Of a DNA stretch of 64,000 bases, positions 28,521 to 37,772 are shown piece by piece. The translations under genes and the position numbers were made by a program. The notes beneath the pieces were generated by a model. That model was not told where the DNA came from. It did no database searches and worked only from the letters and a program-made list of their open reading frames with translations. Each line of letters opens with the position of its first letter. The first letter of the stretch is position 1. The stretch is from Ignavibacteriota bacterium (GTDB taxonomy: Bacteria > Bacteroidota > Ignavibacteria > Tepidaquicellales > OLB5): the NCBI GenBank assembly GCA_003820375.1, contig RPQH01000008.1:8567-72566 (forward strand), given 5' to 3'.

Positions 28521-30287
28521 ATGGAGACAGATTTATTTATGAAAAGTTTCATCTTTTCACTGTTTATAATATTTATATATTCTATTCAATTTTATTGCCA
28601 ATGGCAACCGGATGTAAGATTAACAAATAATAATTATGGTTCCGGTACGTCTATAAACAATGCCAAAAATATAGCTTCTTATGGAAATATTATACATGTT
28701 GTTTGGAATGATGGACGTAATGGTTATGATGATATATATTATAAACGCTCAACAAATAGTGGTCTAAACTGGGGGGAAGACATAAGATTAACTACTGATC
28801 CAAACAGCTCACAGGGAGCTTCAATAGCTGTATCTAACCAATACGTGCATGTTGTATGGAGAGATTATAGAGATGGACATCATGAAATATATTATAAACG
28901 TTCAATCGATGGAGGTATAACATGGCAAACAGATGTTCGACTAACTAACACATTGTACGATTCTATGGATCCCTCTTTAGCATTATTGGATTCAGTCCTG
29001 CATGTAGTTTGGCACACTAATCGTGATGGAGGTCTGGAAATTTATTATAAAAAATCAACAAATAATGGGGTGAACTGGGGGGCAGATAATAGATTAACAA
29101 ACAATTCAGCAATTTCAGCCTATCCTTCAATTGTAGCATATGGTTCATATGTTCACGTTGCATGGTATGATGAACGTGACAATAATAAGGAGATATATTA
29201 TAAAAAATCAACCAATACCGGTATAAATTGGGAATCTGACTTAAGACTAACCTATGACACAGCGAACTCGATGTATTCATCTATATCAGCGTCAGGCAAT
29301 AACATCTTTGTTGCTTGGGGTGATAATAGAAATGGGAACTATGAGATATATGGTATAAAGTCGACCAATAATGGCATTAACTGGTCAAATGATATTAGGT
29401 TAACTAATAATTCCAGTATCTCCAATTTTCCCAATATTGTAATTTCAGATAATATTTTTCATGTCGTGTGGCATGATTTCAGGGATGGAAATTACGAAAT
29501 ATATTATAAACGATCTACTAGTGCCGGTTTAAACTGGGAGTCAGATTACAGGTTAACAAATGCTTCTGATATTTCAGAATTTGCATCAGTATGCTTATTA
29601 AATACATCTGTAAATATAGTTTGGATGGATTATAGGGATAATAATCCGGAAATTTATTATAAACAAAACCCAACAGGTAATATAATAGTGATACCGCCAC
29701 CTGCACCAAATCTTATAGCTCCTCTAAATAATTCGACCGGACAATCATTAACACCATTGATGGATTGGGGAGATGTAACAAGCGCTATAAGTTACAGAAT
29801 CCAGATAACAACAACTGATTCTACAGCATTTTCAACAACAGTTTTTGATTCAAGTGGTATTACATCATCACAAGTTACAGTACCTTCAGGAAAACTTCAA
29901 AATAATACAAAGTATTGGTGGAGAGTTAATGCTCAAAATGCAGCAGGTGCCGGTCCGTGGTCAGTTGTTTGGAATTTTAGAACATTATTTTTAGGAATAG
30001 TAAAGGATAATGAAATACCTAAAGAATTTAAGCTATATCAGAATTATCCAAATCCCTTCAATCCAACAACACAAATTGAGTTTTCTATTCCCAAAAACAA
30101 TATTCATGTCAATATAATAGTATATGATGTATCAGGAAAAATTGTATCTATATTAGTAAATGAAAAACTAAATGCAGGTACTTATAAAGTAGATTTTAAT
30201 GGAGAAAGTTTAGCAAGCGGGGTTTGTTTTTACAAACTGGAAACTGAAGGATTTGTTGAGACGAAAAGAATGGTAATTTTAAAATAA
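28521..30287 (+). CDS. Secreted BNR/Asp-box repeat protein with FN3-like and T9SS C-terminal sorting domains
   Basis: 588-aa ORF with a signal peptide (probable start M7 at 28539). About 7 repeats of YYK[RK]S.N.G.NW follow, then a C-terminal NYPNPFNP..YDVSGK T9SS domain. Confidence 0.8.
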   Translation: METDLFMKSFIFSLFIIFIYSIQFYCQWQPDVRLTNNNYGSGTSINNAKNIASYGNIIHVVWNDGRNGYDDIYYKRSTNSGLNWGEDIRLTTDPNSSQGASIAVSNQYVHVVWRDYRDGHHEIYYKRSIDGGITWQTDVRLTNTLYDSMDPSLALLDSVLHVVWHTNRDGGLEIYYKKSTNNGVNWGADNRLTNNSAISAYPSIVAYGSYVHVAWYDERDNNKEIYYKKSTNTGINWESDLRLTYDTANSMYSSISASGNNIFVAWGDNRNGNYEIYGIKSTNNGINWSNDIRLTNNSSISNFPNIVISDNIFHVVWHDFRDGNYEIYYKRSTSAGLNWESDYRLTNASDISEFASVCLLNTSVNIVWMDYRDNNPEIYYKQNPTGNIIVIPPPAPNLIAPLNNSTGQSLTPLMDWGDVTSAISYRIQITTTDSTAFSTTVFDSSGITSSQVTVPSGKLQNNTKYWWRVNAQNAAGAGPWSVVWNFRTLFLGIVKDNEIPKEFKLYQNYPNPFNPTTQIEFSIPKNNIHVNIIVYDVSGKIVSILVNEKLNAGTYKVDFNGESLASGVCFYKLETEGFVETKRMVILK

Positions 30288-30421
30288 ATAACTTAAAAGA
30301 AGCTAAAAAATAAAATTACATTATTAGCCATAGCGTTACACTCTATAATATCATTAAAGTTTTCCCAAAAAATTAATTACGGTTAAATATACCGTAATAT
30401 TAAAAACCTTAGGAGGTATAT

Positions 30422-31192
30422 ATGAAATTATTTCTTCAAACAATTATTATTCTTGCAGTCCTGATTTCTACGGGCGTAACTTATTCACAGCAATATGAAG
30501 ATGTGGTCTATTTAAAAGACGGAAGTATTATTCACGGCACTATTATCGAACAGGTTCCGAATGTATCAGTTAAAATAAAGACAAAAGATGGAAATGTTTT
30601 TGCCTACAAGTATGAAGATATACAGAAATTTACAAAAGAGGAAGTAAAAGGAAGCTTGTATTCGTATGAAGAAAACACAAAATATGGTAACGATGGTTTC
30701 CGCTCAGGTAAATTTTTATTAGGTTTAAAAGCCGGGTATGGTGATTGGGGAAGCTTAACATATGGAATAAATTTTGAAATAGGGGTCTCTAATAATTATG
30801 GTATAGCATTGGACGTAGCATATACTTCCTGGGAAGAAGGACCTTATACTGGGAGTGTATATAACTCACATACTAATGAGTACGAAGATTATTCATATAG
30901 ATATGATTATAATTTAATCGGTGGATTGCTAAGTATGTCTTATCATTTTAGTCCCGGTAAAAAATTAGATTTATATGCTAAGGCAGGAGCTGGTTATTTC
31001 TATATTGATGCCAGTACTAAATGGTTACAGCAGCCTAATTCAGGTTATTTTTCTACTATTGGTGCCGAGGCTTCCGGTGTTGGTTATGGAGGTCAGGCAG
31101 GTATGAATTATTTCTTAACTAAAAATATTGGATTATCACTTTCAGCAGGATGGCCGTTTTATGCCAGCGGTGGTGTAACATTTAAGTTTTAA
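30422..31192 (+). CDS. Outer-membrane beta-barrel (porin-family) protein
   Basis: 256-aa ORF with an RBS (aggaggt), a signal peptide, a Gly/Tyr-rich alternating pattern and a terminal F. Confidence 0.65.
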   Translation: MKLFLQTIIILAVLISTGVTYSQQYEDVVYLKDGSIIHGTIIEQVPNVSVKIKTKDGNVFAYKYEDIQKFTKEEVKGSLYSYEENTKYGNDGFRSGKFLLGLKAGYGDWGSLTYGINFEIGVSNNYGIALDVAYTSWEEGPYTGSVYNSHTNEYEDYSYRYDYNLIGGLLSMSYHFSPGKKLDLYAKAGAGYFYIDASTKWLQQPNSGYFSTIGAEASGVGYGGQAGMNYFLTKNIGLSLSAGWPFYASGGVTFKF

Positions 31193-31259
31193 AAAATAAT
31201 AATATATTGTTTCTCTCCTTCCCAAATTTTACAATGGGAAGGAGTGTTTTAATAAACCC

Positions 31260-32495
31260 TCACTTTACCAGCACCATACGTCTCGTTTTCATGTAACTGC
31301 CTGCTTTAATCGTATAAAGATATATTCCGCTTGGATAATTTGATGCATCCCATATAATAGAGTAACTCCCTGCATTTCGCATCTGATTTACTAATACAGC
31401 AATTTCTCTTCCCATAACATCATATATAGAAAGCTTAACATCACTGCTCATTGCTAATTGATAATTGATAATTGTTACAGGATTAAACGGATTGGGGTAA
31501 TTCTGATACAGTTCGTAATCTAATGGAATATTATTGCTGACAGGTTCTATTCCTGTTTGTGTTCCGCCATTGGTTGATTTATATATTGTACCTGTTCCTG
31601 TATTTGATGCAGCTGCAAGCCAGCCGGTGCTCTGGTTTATAAAATCAACCGAATTAAAAGCTGTATTATTTAAATTAAATTGCACGGTCCATGTGTTGCC
31701 GCCATTGGTGGATTTGGAAACACCGCCAATTCCCGTACCTGAAGTTCCTGCAAGCCACCCGGTATTATTATCTATAAAATGAATTGAATTAAATCCATTA
31801 CCACTCATAGTATATTGTGTATTCCACGTATTTCCACCGTTTGTGGATTTAAAAATCCTGCCAAAACCGGAGCTTGATTTTGTTGCTAACCAGCCCGTGT
31901 TCTGGTTTATAAAGAAAACTGAATTAAATGCTGTATCAATTAAAACATATTGTGAATTCCATGTGTTACCGCCATTGGTGGATTTTTCTATTTCGCCTAT
32001 AAATCCCGAACTTGATATATTTGTCCTCCATCCTGTATTTTGGTCAATAAAGTAAACCGAAGTAACGGTGTAAGATGCCCATAATTGAATGGTCCAGGTG
32101 TTTCCACCGTTTGTAGATTTATATAATCCACCGGTTCCATTGCCCGATTTAGTTGCTAACCAGCCTGTACTTTGATTAAGAAAGAAAACCGATTTAAAAG
32201 CAGTATCTGTAGAAAAACACAGTGTATTCCATGTATTTCCACCGTTTGTAGATTTATATAATGTTCCCGTACTTGTACCTGATGAGACAGCAAGCCATCC
32301 GGTATTTATATCAATAAAGTGTACTGAATTAAATGATGCATTATTTGAAGTGTACTGTACTGTCCATTGACTGTATAAAATTGTTACCTGAAATAAAACG
32401 AACAATGATAAAAGTACCTTTGCGGCAGGTTTCATAATTTCTGTATTAATAAAATTTATTATGGTGAGCTGCAATATAAATTGATTTTTCATCAA
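31260..32495 (-). CDS. Secreted BNR/Ycf48-like propeller-repeat protein with T9SS C-terminal domain
   Basis: 411-aa ORF (probable start MKPAAKV at 32435). It has 7 repeats of KSTNGGNTW and a C-terminal NYPNPFNP domain. Confidence 0.8.
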   Translation of the reverse strand: MMKNQFILQLTIINFINTEIMKPAAKVLLSLFVLFQVTILYSQWTVQYTSNNASFNSVHFIDINTGWLAVSSGTSTGTLYKSTNGGNTWNTLCFSTDTAFKSVFFLNQSTGWLATKSGNGTGGLYKSTNGGNTWTIQLWASYTVTSVYFIDQNTGWRTNISSSGFIGEIEKSTNGGNTWNSQYVLIDTAFNSVFFINQNTGWLATKSSSGFGRIFKSTNGGNTWNTQYTMSGNGFNSIHFIDNNTGWLAGTSGTGIGGVSKSTNGGNTWTVQFNLNNTAFNSVDFINQSTGWLAAASNTGTGTIYKSTNGGTQTGIEPVSNNIPLDYELYQNYPNPFNPVTIINYQLAMSSDVKLSIYDVMGREIAVLVNQMRNAGSYSIIWDASNYPSGIYLYTIKAGSYMKTRRMVLVK

Positions 32496-32583
32496 TATAT
32501 ATTCACTTAAATTTTATACTCAAATAATTTATTGGGAATCATTATAGTGACAAATCCTGCATTTTTACTGACAATTTTTCTCT

Positions 32584-33223
32584 AAAATCAGAGTTGGGTT
32601 CAAAACAAGTCGGAGATGGGTTAAAGTTGTGTCGGAGTTGGGTTCAAGTTGGTATCAAGTTGGGTTATCGTTTATCAAAAACAGGGGTTAACTCATTGCA
32701 GTATAAGGAGATAACGCCGTCAGAAATGCGAGATTTTTGATTTAAGATTTGCGATTTTGAGCCGGAATAGCCAATTTTTCATCAAAAAAAAACTTCACTA
32801 TATCATTAACCATTATCGCTATGGGAAAAATTTGGCAGCAAATATTTGTCGCTGATGTTGGAGAGTTAAAGTATTACTTGAAGGTATTTCCGGTTCATTA
32901 TCAAACACACCCCTTCCGCTTCGCTCCCTCCCCTCTCGAGAGGGAAATCCTTACCTCTTTATTTATCTATTGATTAAAATTGCTTAAAAAGCACTCTAAA
33001 CACTCTATACACACTAAGCATTCTATACACACCAATCTATTTTTAAATAAAACTTGACAAACACAAATATCGTAAATACATTTGTATAGTGATAAATATT
33101 ATCACTTAATACAGTTCTTTAATAATATAGAGATGGTTTACAGCATGTCGTAATATAGCTGTAAAATGATGCTCACGAATTTGGTTAGATTTTGAAATGT
33201 TGAAAAAAATATGCACTGAAAAA
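32584..33223 (+). repeat. ~0.65-kb non-coding repeat, copy 2
   Basis: Colinear with 12817-13467. It begins 88 nt upstream of the minus-strand T9SS gene start. Confidence 0.9.
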
Positions 33224-33234
33224 TACCCTAAGGA

Positions 33235-33360
33235 CAATTAGCAATGAACAATTAGCAATGAACAATTAGCAATGAACAATGAGCAATGAACAATTAGCAA
33301 TGAACAATGAACAATGAACAATAAGCAATGAACAATGATCAATGAACAATTATCAATGAA
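33235..33360. repeat. Heptamer tandem array (18 units of CAATNRN)
   Basis: caattag caatgaa alternation with variants caatgag, caataag, caatgat and caattat. Confidence 0.9.
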
Positions 33361-33659
33361 GAGCTTAAGAGCCGGAAGTGAAGAGTAGATGATATATAGT
33401 GAATAAATAATGACTCCGGGTGTGTTCTATTGAAAATCCTGCAAATCTGTCTGCCTTTGGTGGAAGCTTCGGCGCAGGGAGGATCTTCGACTTACCTCGC
33501 ATAGACGCCCAACTCAAGACTCCTGGTTCACGACTCATTTTATACACCTGTATATTTTTTTTATACGGTTTTCGTTATTTCTCTTTTTTTTAATTATCTT
33601 CATACCGCAAAATTCTACTTAAATGCACATTTTGTTGAATCTGACAGGTAATTCTGATA

Positions 33660-33675
33660 TGGCACGGCAATTGCT
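33660..33675 (+). promoter_or_regulatory. Sigma-54 (-24/-12) promoter
   Basis: TGGCACGGCAATTGCT matches TGGCAC-N5-TTGCW exactly. It lies 44 nt upstream of ATG 33719, with an aaaggaga RBS in between. Confidence 0.75.
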
Positions 33676-33718
33676 TTAGTTATATACAGAATTAAAAACC
33701 AAAGGAGAACACAAAAAA

Positions 33719-34897
33719 ATGATTACCGAAAAAATATTAGTAGTAGACGATGAAGCAACAGTCTGCTCAAGCATACAAAAAATATTAACCAAAAGAGGTT
33801 ATTCAGTAGATAACTCATTGAATGCGGATGACGCAATATTAAAAATAAAAAATAATAAATTTGACCTCGTAATAACAGATTTAATGATGCCGGGAACAGA
33901 TGGAATGGAACTGCTCCAGATTATTAAACAGCATTATCCTGAGCTTGATGTTATCGTTATTACCGGTTATGCATCAATAGATACAGCAGTAAAAGCAACA
34001 AAGCTGGGAGCAATGGATTACCTTCCAAAGCCGTTTACCCCTGAAGAGCTCACCGAGATAACCAAAAGAGCTATAGAAAAGAGGAAAATGAATGTATCAA
34101 AAAAAGCTGAACCGAAGTCAAAGATAAAACCGGCTTTGAAAAAGAATGACAACATCGATATAGATATGCCGTTCAGCGAAAGTGAAGTTGAATCTCACAC
34201 TTCAAAAGAGTTTGTTGATAAGCTTTCAAGGTCCGATATTCCCCAGCAAAAGAAACCTGCAAAGAAAACCGAATTCTGCAATTCCGGACAGCGTGAATGC
34301 AGACGCCTTGTACTTGAAGGAAGAGAATGCACCGGTGAATGCCCGATAGTAAAGAAAGAAAGAGAAAGAGCAGCTAAAGCAACAGGAAAAACATTTGTTC
34401 ATACTGACGATATAATTGATGTGGATATGCCATTCAACTATTCAGAAGTTGAAAGAATTATGGGAAGCGATTACATTAACTGCATGGACAGGTCTGAAAT
34501 ACCGAGAGCCGGGTTATTCGGAAGAGATTCAAATGCAAAGCATAATGTGCTTGTTGTTGACGACGAACCGATAGTATGCCACAGCTTAAGGAAAATATTG
34601 ACAAAGCAATCATGCTCAGTTGAAGAAGCATTCGATGTTGATGCAGCACTTTTGAAAATGAGACTGAACAAATACGACCTAATATTCTTAGACCTCAAGA
34701 TGCCAAAAAGCGATGGCATGGAACTGTTGAAGTCAATAAAGAATCTTTACCCCGAAATTCCTGTAGTTATGATATCGGGTTATGCATCAATCAAGACGGC
34801 AGTAGAAGCAACCAGAGAAGGTGCATTCAACTTTATTCCCAAGCCGTTTACACCCGAAGAGCTTAAAGTTGTAACCAGAGAAGCACTGGCTGCATAA
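33719..34897 (+). CDS. Dual-receiver response regulator (REC-linker-REC) with Cys-rich linker
   Basis: 392-aa ORF with two receiver domains (VVDDE...DLMMPG; VVDDE...DLKMPK). The linker carries the duplicated motif D[IV]DMPF..SEVE...RS[DE]IP and C-x6-C-x9-C-x3-C. Confidence 0.85.
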   Translation: MITEKILVVDDEATVCSSIQKILTKRGYSVDNSLNADDAILKIKNNKFDLVITDLMMPGTDGMELLQIIKQHYPELDVIVITGYASIDTAVKATKLGAMDYLPKPFTPEELTEITKRAIEKRKMNVSKKAEPKSKIKPALKKNDNIDIDMPFSESEVESHTSKEFVDKLSRSDIPQQKKPAKKTEFCNSGQRECRRLVLEGRECTGECPIVKKERERAAKATGKTFVHTDDIIDVDMPFNYSEVERIMGSDYINCMDRSEIPRAGLFGRDSNAKHNVLVVDDEPIVCHSLRKILTKQSCSVEEAFDVDAALLKMRLNKYDLIFLDLKMPKSDGMELLKSIKNLYPEIPVVMISGYASIKTAVEATREGAFNFIPKPFTPEELKVVTREALAA

Positions 34898-34924
34898 ATA
34901 AAATATACACATAACTTTTTATTA

Positions 34925-34959
34925 AAAAAGCTGCGGGTAATCGCAGCTTTTTGTTTTTT
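34925..34959 (+). terminator. Rho-independent terminator
   Basis: aaaaagctgcg / cgcagcttttt stem with a 6-nt loop and a T-run. Confidence 0.8.
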
Positions 34960-35054
34960 CAAGCATTTAGGGATAAATATTTTCTTTGCATAATATTCTT
35001 TTTCTTTTTATATTTGAACAAGACAAAAAGGTCTTATTATCATAATATACTGAA

Positions 35055-35492
35055 ATGTTTTATTCCCGTTATTGCGAATACGTAATTAGAGCCCTGTCCT
35101 ACTTGTCACAATACCAACAAGAGAACAAATACATTATGGCCCGGGAAGTGGCTGATAAGACCGGTATCCCCTATCATTTTCTCTCAAAGATATTCCAGGA
35201 CCTTACAACGACCAGATGGGTACAATCTAAAAAAGGAAAGAACGGCGGTTTCATGCTTGCAGCAGACGGCAGTTCGCTCTCTTTATTAGAAATTATCAAG
35301 TGGAGTGACGGTATTCATAATTTCAATCAATGCATTCTTGGCGACAAAGTTTGCGGTGAAGATTTTGAATGCAGCGTTCACAGAAAATGCTGCCGTTTGA
35401 GGCTTGAGATAGCTGATTTTTTTGAGAAGATGACAATAGGTGAATTTTCGGAAATAAGGAGTGAGACACTGGGACAAAAACAGTTGAATTAG
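35055..35492 (+). CDS. Rrf2-family transcriptional regulator
   Basis: 145-aa ORF with an N-terminal wHTH (YVIRALSYLS...). The C-terminal Cys residues (CILGDKVCGEDFEC) are compatible with Fe-S binding. Confidence 0.8.
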   Translation: MFYSRYCEYVIRALSYLSQYQQENKYIMAREVADKTGIPYHFLSKIFQDLTTTRWVQSKKGKNGGFMLAADGSSLSLLEIIKWSDGIHNFNQCILGDKVCGEDFECSVHRKCCRLRLEIADFFEKMTIGEFSEIRSETLGQKQLN

Positions 35493-35597
35493 AAATGCTA
35501 CAGTTGATTTGGAGACTGGTTTTTACTGCTGAATTTTGATACGATGATGAGTTAATCTTTTTAGAATACGTGGGTTGATTCTCTTTTATTGTTTACG

Positions 35598-36179
35598 ATG
35601 AAGACAATTATTTTAGGAATGGGAAACACCCTGATAAGTGACGATGGGATAGGGATTGTTACATTGCGTTACCTGGAGAAAGTTTTAAGCCATTGCAAAG
35701 AAATTACCTTCTGCGAGACATCATGGGGTGGATTTAGAATCATAGACTTACTTGAGGGTTTTGATTATGCCGTTGTAATTGATTCAATTAAAACCGGAAA
35801 TAAGCCGACAGGTTCTATATACCATTATAAGCCTACAGATTTACTGCCTACACTGCGTTTAACTTCATACCACGATATAAATTTCATTACGGCATTAAGG
35901 CTTGCAGAGTCAATAAATGCAAAAGTCCCGTCCGATATAGACATTTTCGCCATCGAAGTTGAAGATAACCGCAGCATAAATGAAACAATCAATCCAACGT
36001 TGTGGAACAGCATCAAAGAATGCTCACAAGTCATTGCCGATAAATTATTCGAGAAAAACATTATTACATTTAAAATTCCTGCTGAAGAGTTTATTGGAAT
36101 AAAATCAGTTGATGAACTGGATTTATTATATCCCGAAAAAACAGCAGACAGAATAGAAACCGGATTAATTAACAATTAA
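35598..36179 (+). CDS. Hydrogenase maturation endopeptidase (HycI/FrhD/HoxW family) with C-terminal extension
   Basis: MKTIILGMGNTLISDDGIGI signature. The ORF track begins at TTG 35589; ATG 35598 is preferred. Confidence 0.8.
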   Translation: MKTIILGMGNTLISDDGIGIVTLRYLEKVLSHCKEITFCETSWGGFRIIDLLEGFDYAVVIDSIKTGNKPTGSIYHYKPTDLLPTLRLTSYHDINFITALRLAESINAKVPSDIDIFAIEVEDNRSINETINPTLWNSIKECSQVIADKLFEKNIITFKIPAEEFIGIKSVDELDLLYPEKTADRIETGLINN

Positions 36180-36192
36180 GAAAAATAAAGGA

Positions 36193-36876
36193 ATGAAAAC
36201 CGAGTCTGTACAATTACCAGGTAAATTATCAAAAAGAGAAGAAGATCTGAGATCTTCATTCCTGAAACAACTGGAAACAATACCGAACAGCGAAAAGATA
36301 AAATCCTGCATACAGTGCGGCACATGCACGGGTTCATGCCCGGTATCATATGCCATGGATATTTCGCCAAGAGAGATAATTGCATTGTTCAGGGCAGGAG
36401 ACCTTGAAACCCTTTTGAACAGCAAGTCTATCTGGATATGCGCATCATGCTATTCATGCCAGACAAGATGCCCCTCATTAATAAAAGTTACCGATATAAT
36501 GTATGCTTTGAAACGGCTTGCAATGGAAAAAGGCATATTCCCGAAGAAATTCCCTGCTCCTGCACTTTCAGAGACATTCGTAAAAGTTATGAATAACTAT
36601 GGACGGCTTCATGAGCCATTGCTTATTGTAAGATTTTTACTCAAGACTACTCCGTTCAAATTGCTTAATATGATGCCTTTGAGCCTGAAAATGGCAAAAA
36701 GAAAAAGAGTTGCTTATGTCCCTTCAAAAATAAAAGGACTTGAAGGATTTAAGAAGATAATAAAAAAAGCAGAGTTGATGGATTCTCCAAAGGAACTGCT
36801 GGAACCTCAATATTTGAAAGGTTCAGTTGGATACAGTGCTATTGCCAAAGAAACAGTAATGGAATCTAAAAAATAA
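36193..36876 (+). CDS. hdrC: Heterodisulfide reductase subunit C-like
   Basis: 227-aa ORF with CIQCGTCTGSCP and CASCYSCQTRCP motifs. Confidence 0.85.
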   Translation: MKTESVQLPGKLSKREEDLRSSFLKQLETIPNSEKIKSCIQCGTCTGSCPVSYAMDISPREIIALFRAGDLETLLNSKSIWICASCYSCQTRCPSLIKVTDIMYALKRLAMEKGIFPKKFPAPALSETFVKVMNNYGRLHEPLLIVRFLLKTTPFKLLNMMPLSLKMAKRKRVAYVPSKIKGLEGFKKIIKKAELMDSPKELLEPQYLKGSVGYSAIAKETVMESKK

Positions 36877-36890
36877 ATTAAGTTAATCAA

Positions 36891-37766
36891 ATGGATTATA
36901 CATATTACCCGGGCTGCAGTTTAGAATCAGCTCATAAAAGTTACAGCGATTCTGTTAAAAAAGTTTTTAAACATCTCGATTGTAATCTGATAGAATTGGA
37001 AGATTGGAATTGCTGCGGTGCAACTGCATATATGGGTGTAAAAGAAACCCTGTCATTTGCAATTTCTGCAAGAAACCTTGCACTTGCCGAAAAACATAAA
37101 AGAGATGTTATTGCTCCCTGCAGCGCATGTTATACAGTGTTAAGTAAAACCAACAGGTATTTAAAACAGCTTCCTGATTTTCACCAGAAAGTAAATGAAT
37201 GCCTGAAAGAAGCAGGTCTGCAGTATAATCTGACGGCTAGTGTAAGACATCCCCTTGATGTGCTGATAAATGATATAGGACTTGATAAGATAAAAGAGAA
37301 ATGTGTAAGAAGCCTTAAAGGATTGAAGATTGCTAACTATTACGGATGCCAGCTTGTAAGACCCGAAAGAGGATTTGATGACAGGGAAGTGCCCATGACA
37401 ATGGACAATTTATTTGAAGCATGCGGCGCTGAAAATGTTTATTATCCCTTTAAAGTAAAATGCTGCGGCGGTATGCTGATGACTACTTATGAAGACATTG
37501 CTTTGAAATTATCAAAAGAAATAATTGCATCGGCAGTAGAAAACAAAGCTGATTGTATTGTAACAACGTGCCCGCTTTGCCAGATGAATCTTGAAGCTTA
37601 CCAGGATTTGATTAATAAACATTACAACACGAATTATGACATGCCGGTATTTTTCTTCACCCAGGTTCTGGGAATGGCATTTGGATTTGATGAAAAAGAA
37701 CTTGGAATAGATACACTTTTAACTAAAGGAATTAAATTAAACGGTTTAACAACCATACATAATTAA
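36891..37766 (+). CDS. hdrB: Heterodisulfide reductase subunit B-like (two CCG domains)
   Basis: 291-aa ORF with CCG motifs DWNCCGA and KVKCCGG plus CPLC. Confidence 0.85.
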   Translation: MDYTYYPGCSLESAHKSYSDSVKKVFKHLDCNLIELEDWNCCGATAYMGVKETLSFAISARNLALAEKHKRDVIAPCSACYTVLSKTNRYLKQLPDFHQKVNECLKEAGLQYNLTASVRHPLDVLINDIGLDKIKEKCVRSLKGLKIANYYGCQLVRPERGFDDREVPMTMDNLFEACGAENVYYPFKVKCCGGMLMTTYEDIALKLSKEIIASAVENKADCIVTTCPLCQMNLEAYQDLINKHYNTNYDMPVFFFTQVLGMAFGFDEKELGIDTLLTKGIKLNGLTTIHN

Positions 37767-37772
37767 TATAAC

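Noticed and set aside
33235-33360. Possible CRISPR array
   Set aside because: The unit is only 7 nt (14-nt super-unit), contiguous and without spacers, and there are no cas genes. It is a simple tandem repeat.
33365-33547. 60-aa minus-strand ORF as a real gene
   Set aside because: It lies in a GC-rich island next to the tandem array, with no RBS and no recognisable motifs. It is treated as non-coding.
33430-33575. tRNA, tmRNA 3' fragment or SRP RNA
   Set aside because: The minus strand has ..ccacca and a gaagc..aaggcaga stretch faintly like SRP/tmRNA. I could not build a T-arm (no GTTCRANYC loop with a 5-bp stem), an acceptor stem or the SRP domain IV hairpin, so it is kept only as a low-interest GC-island finding.
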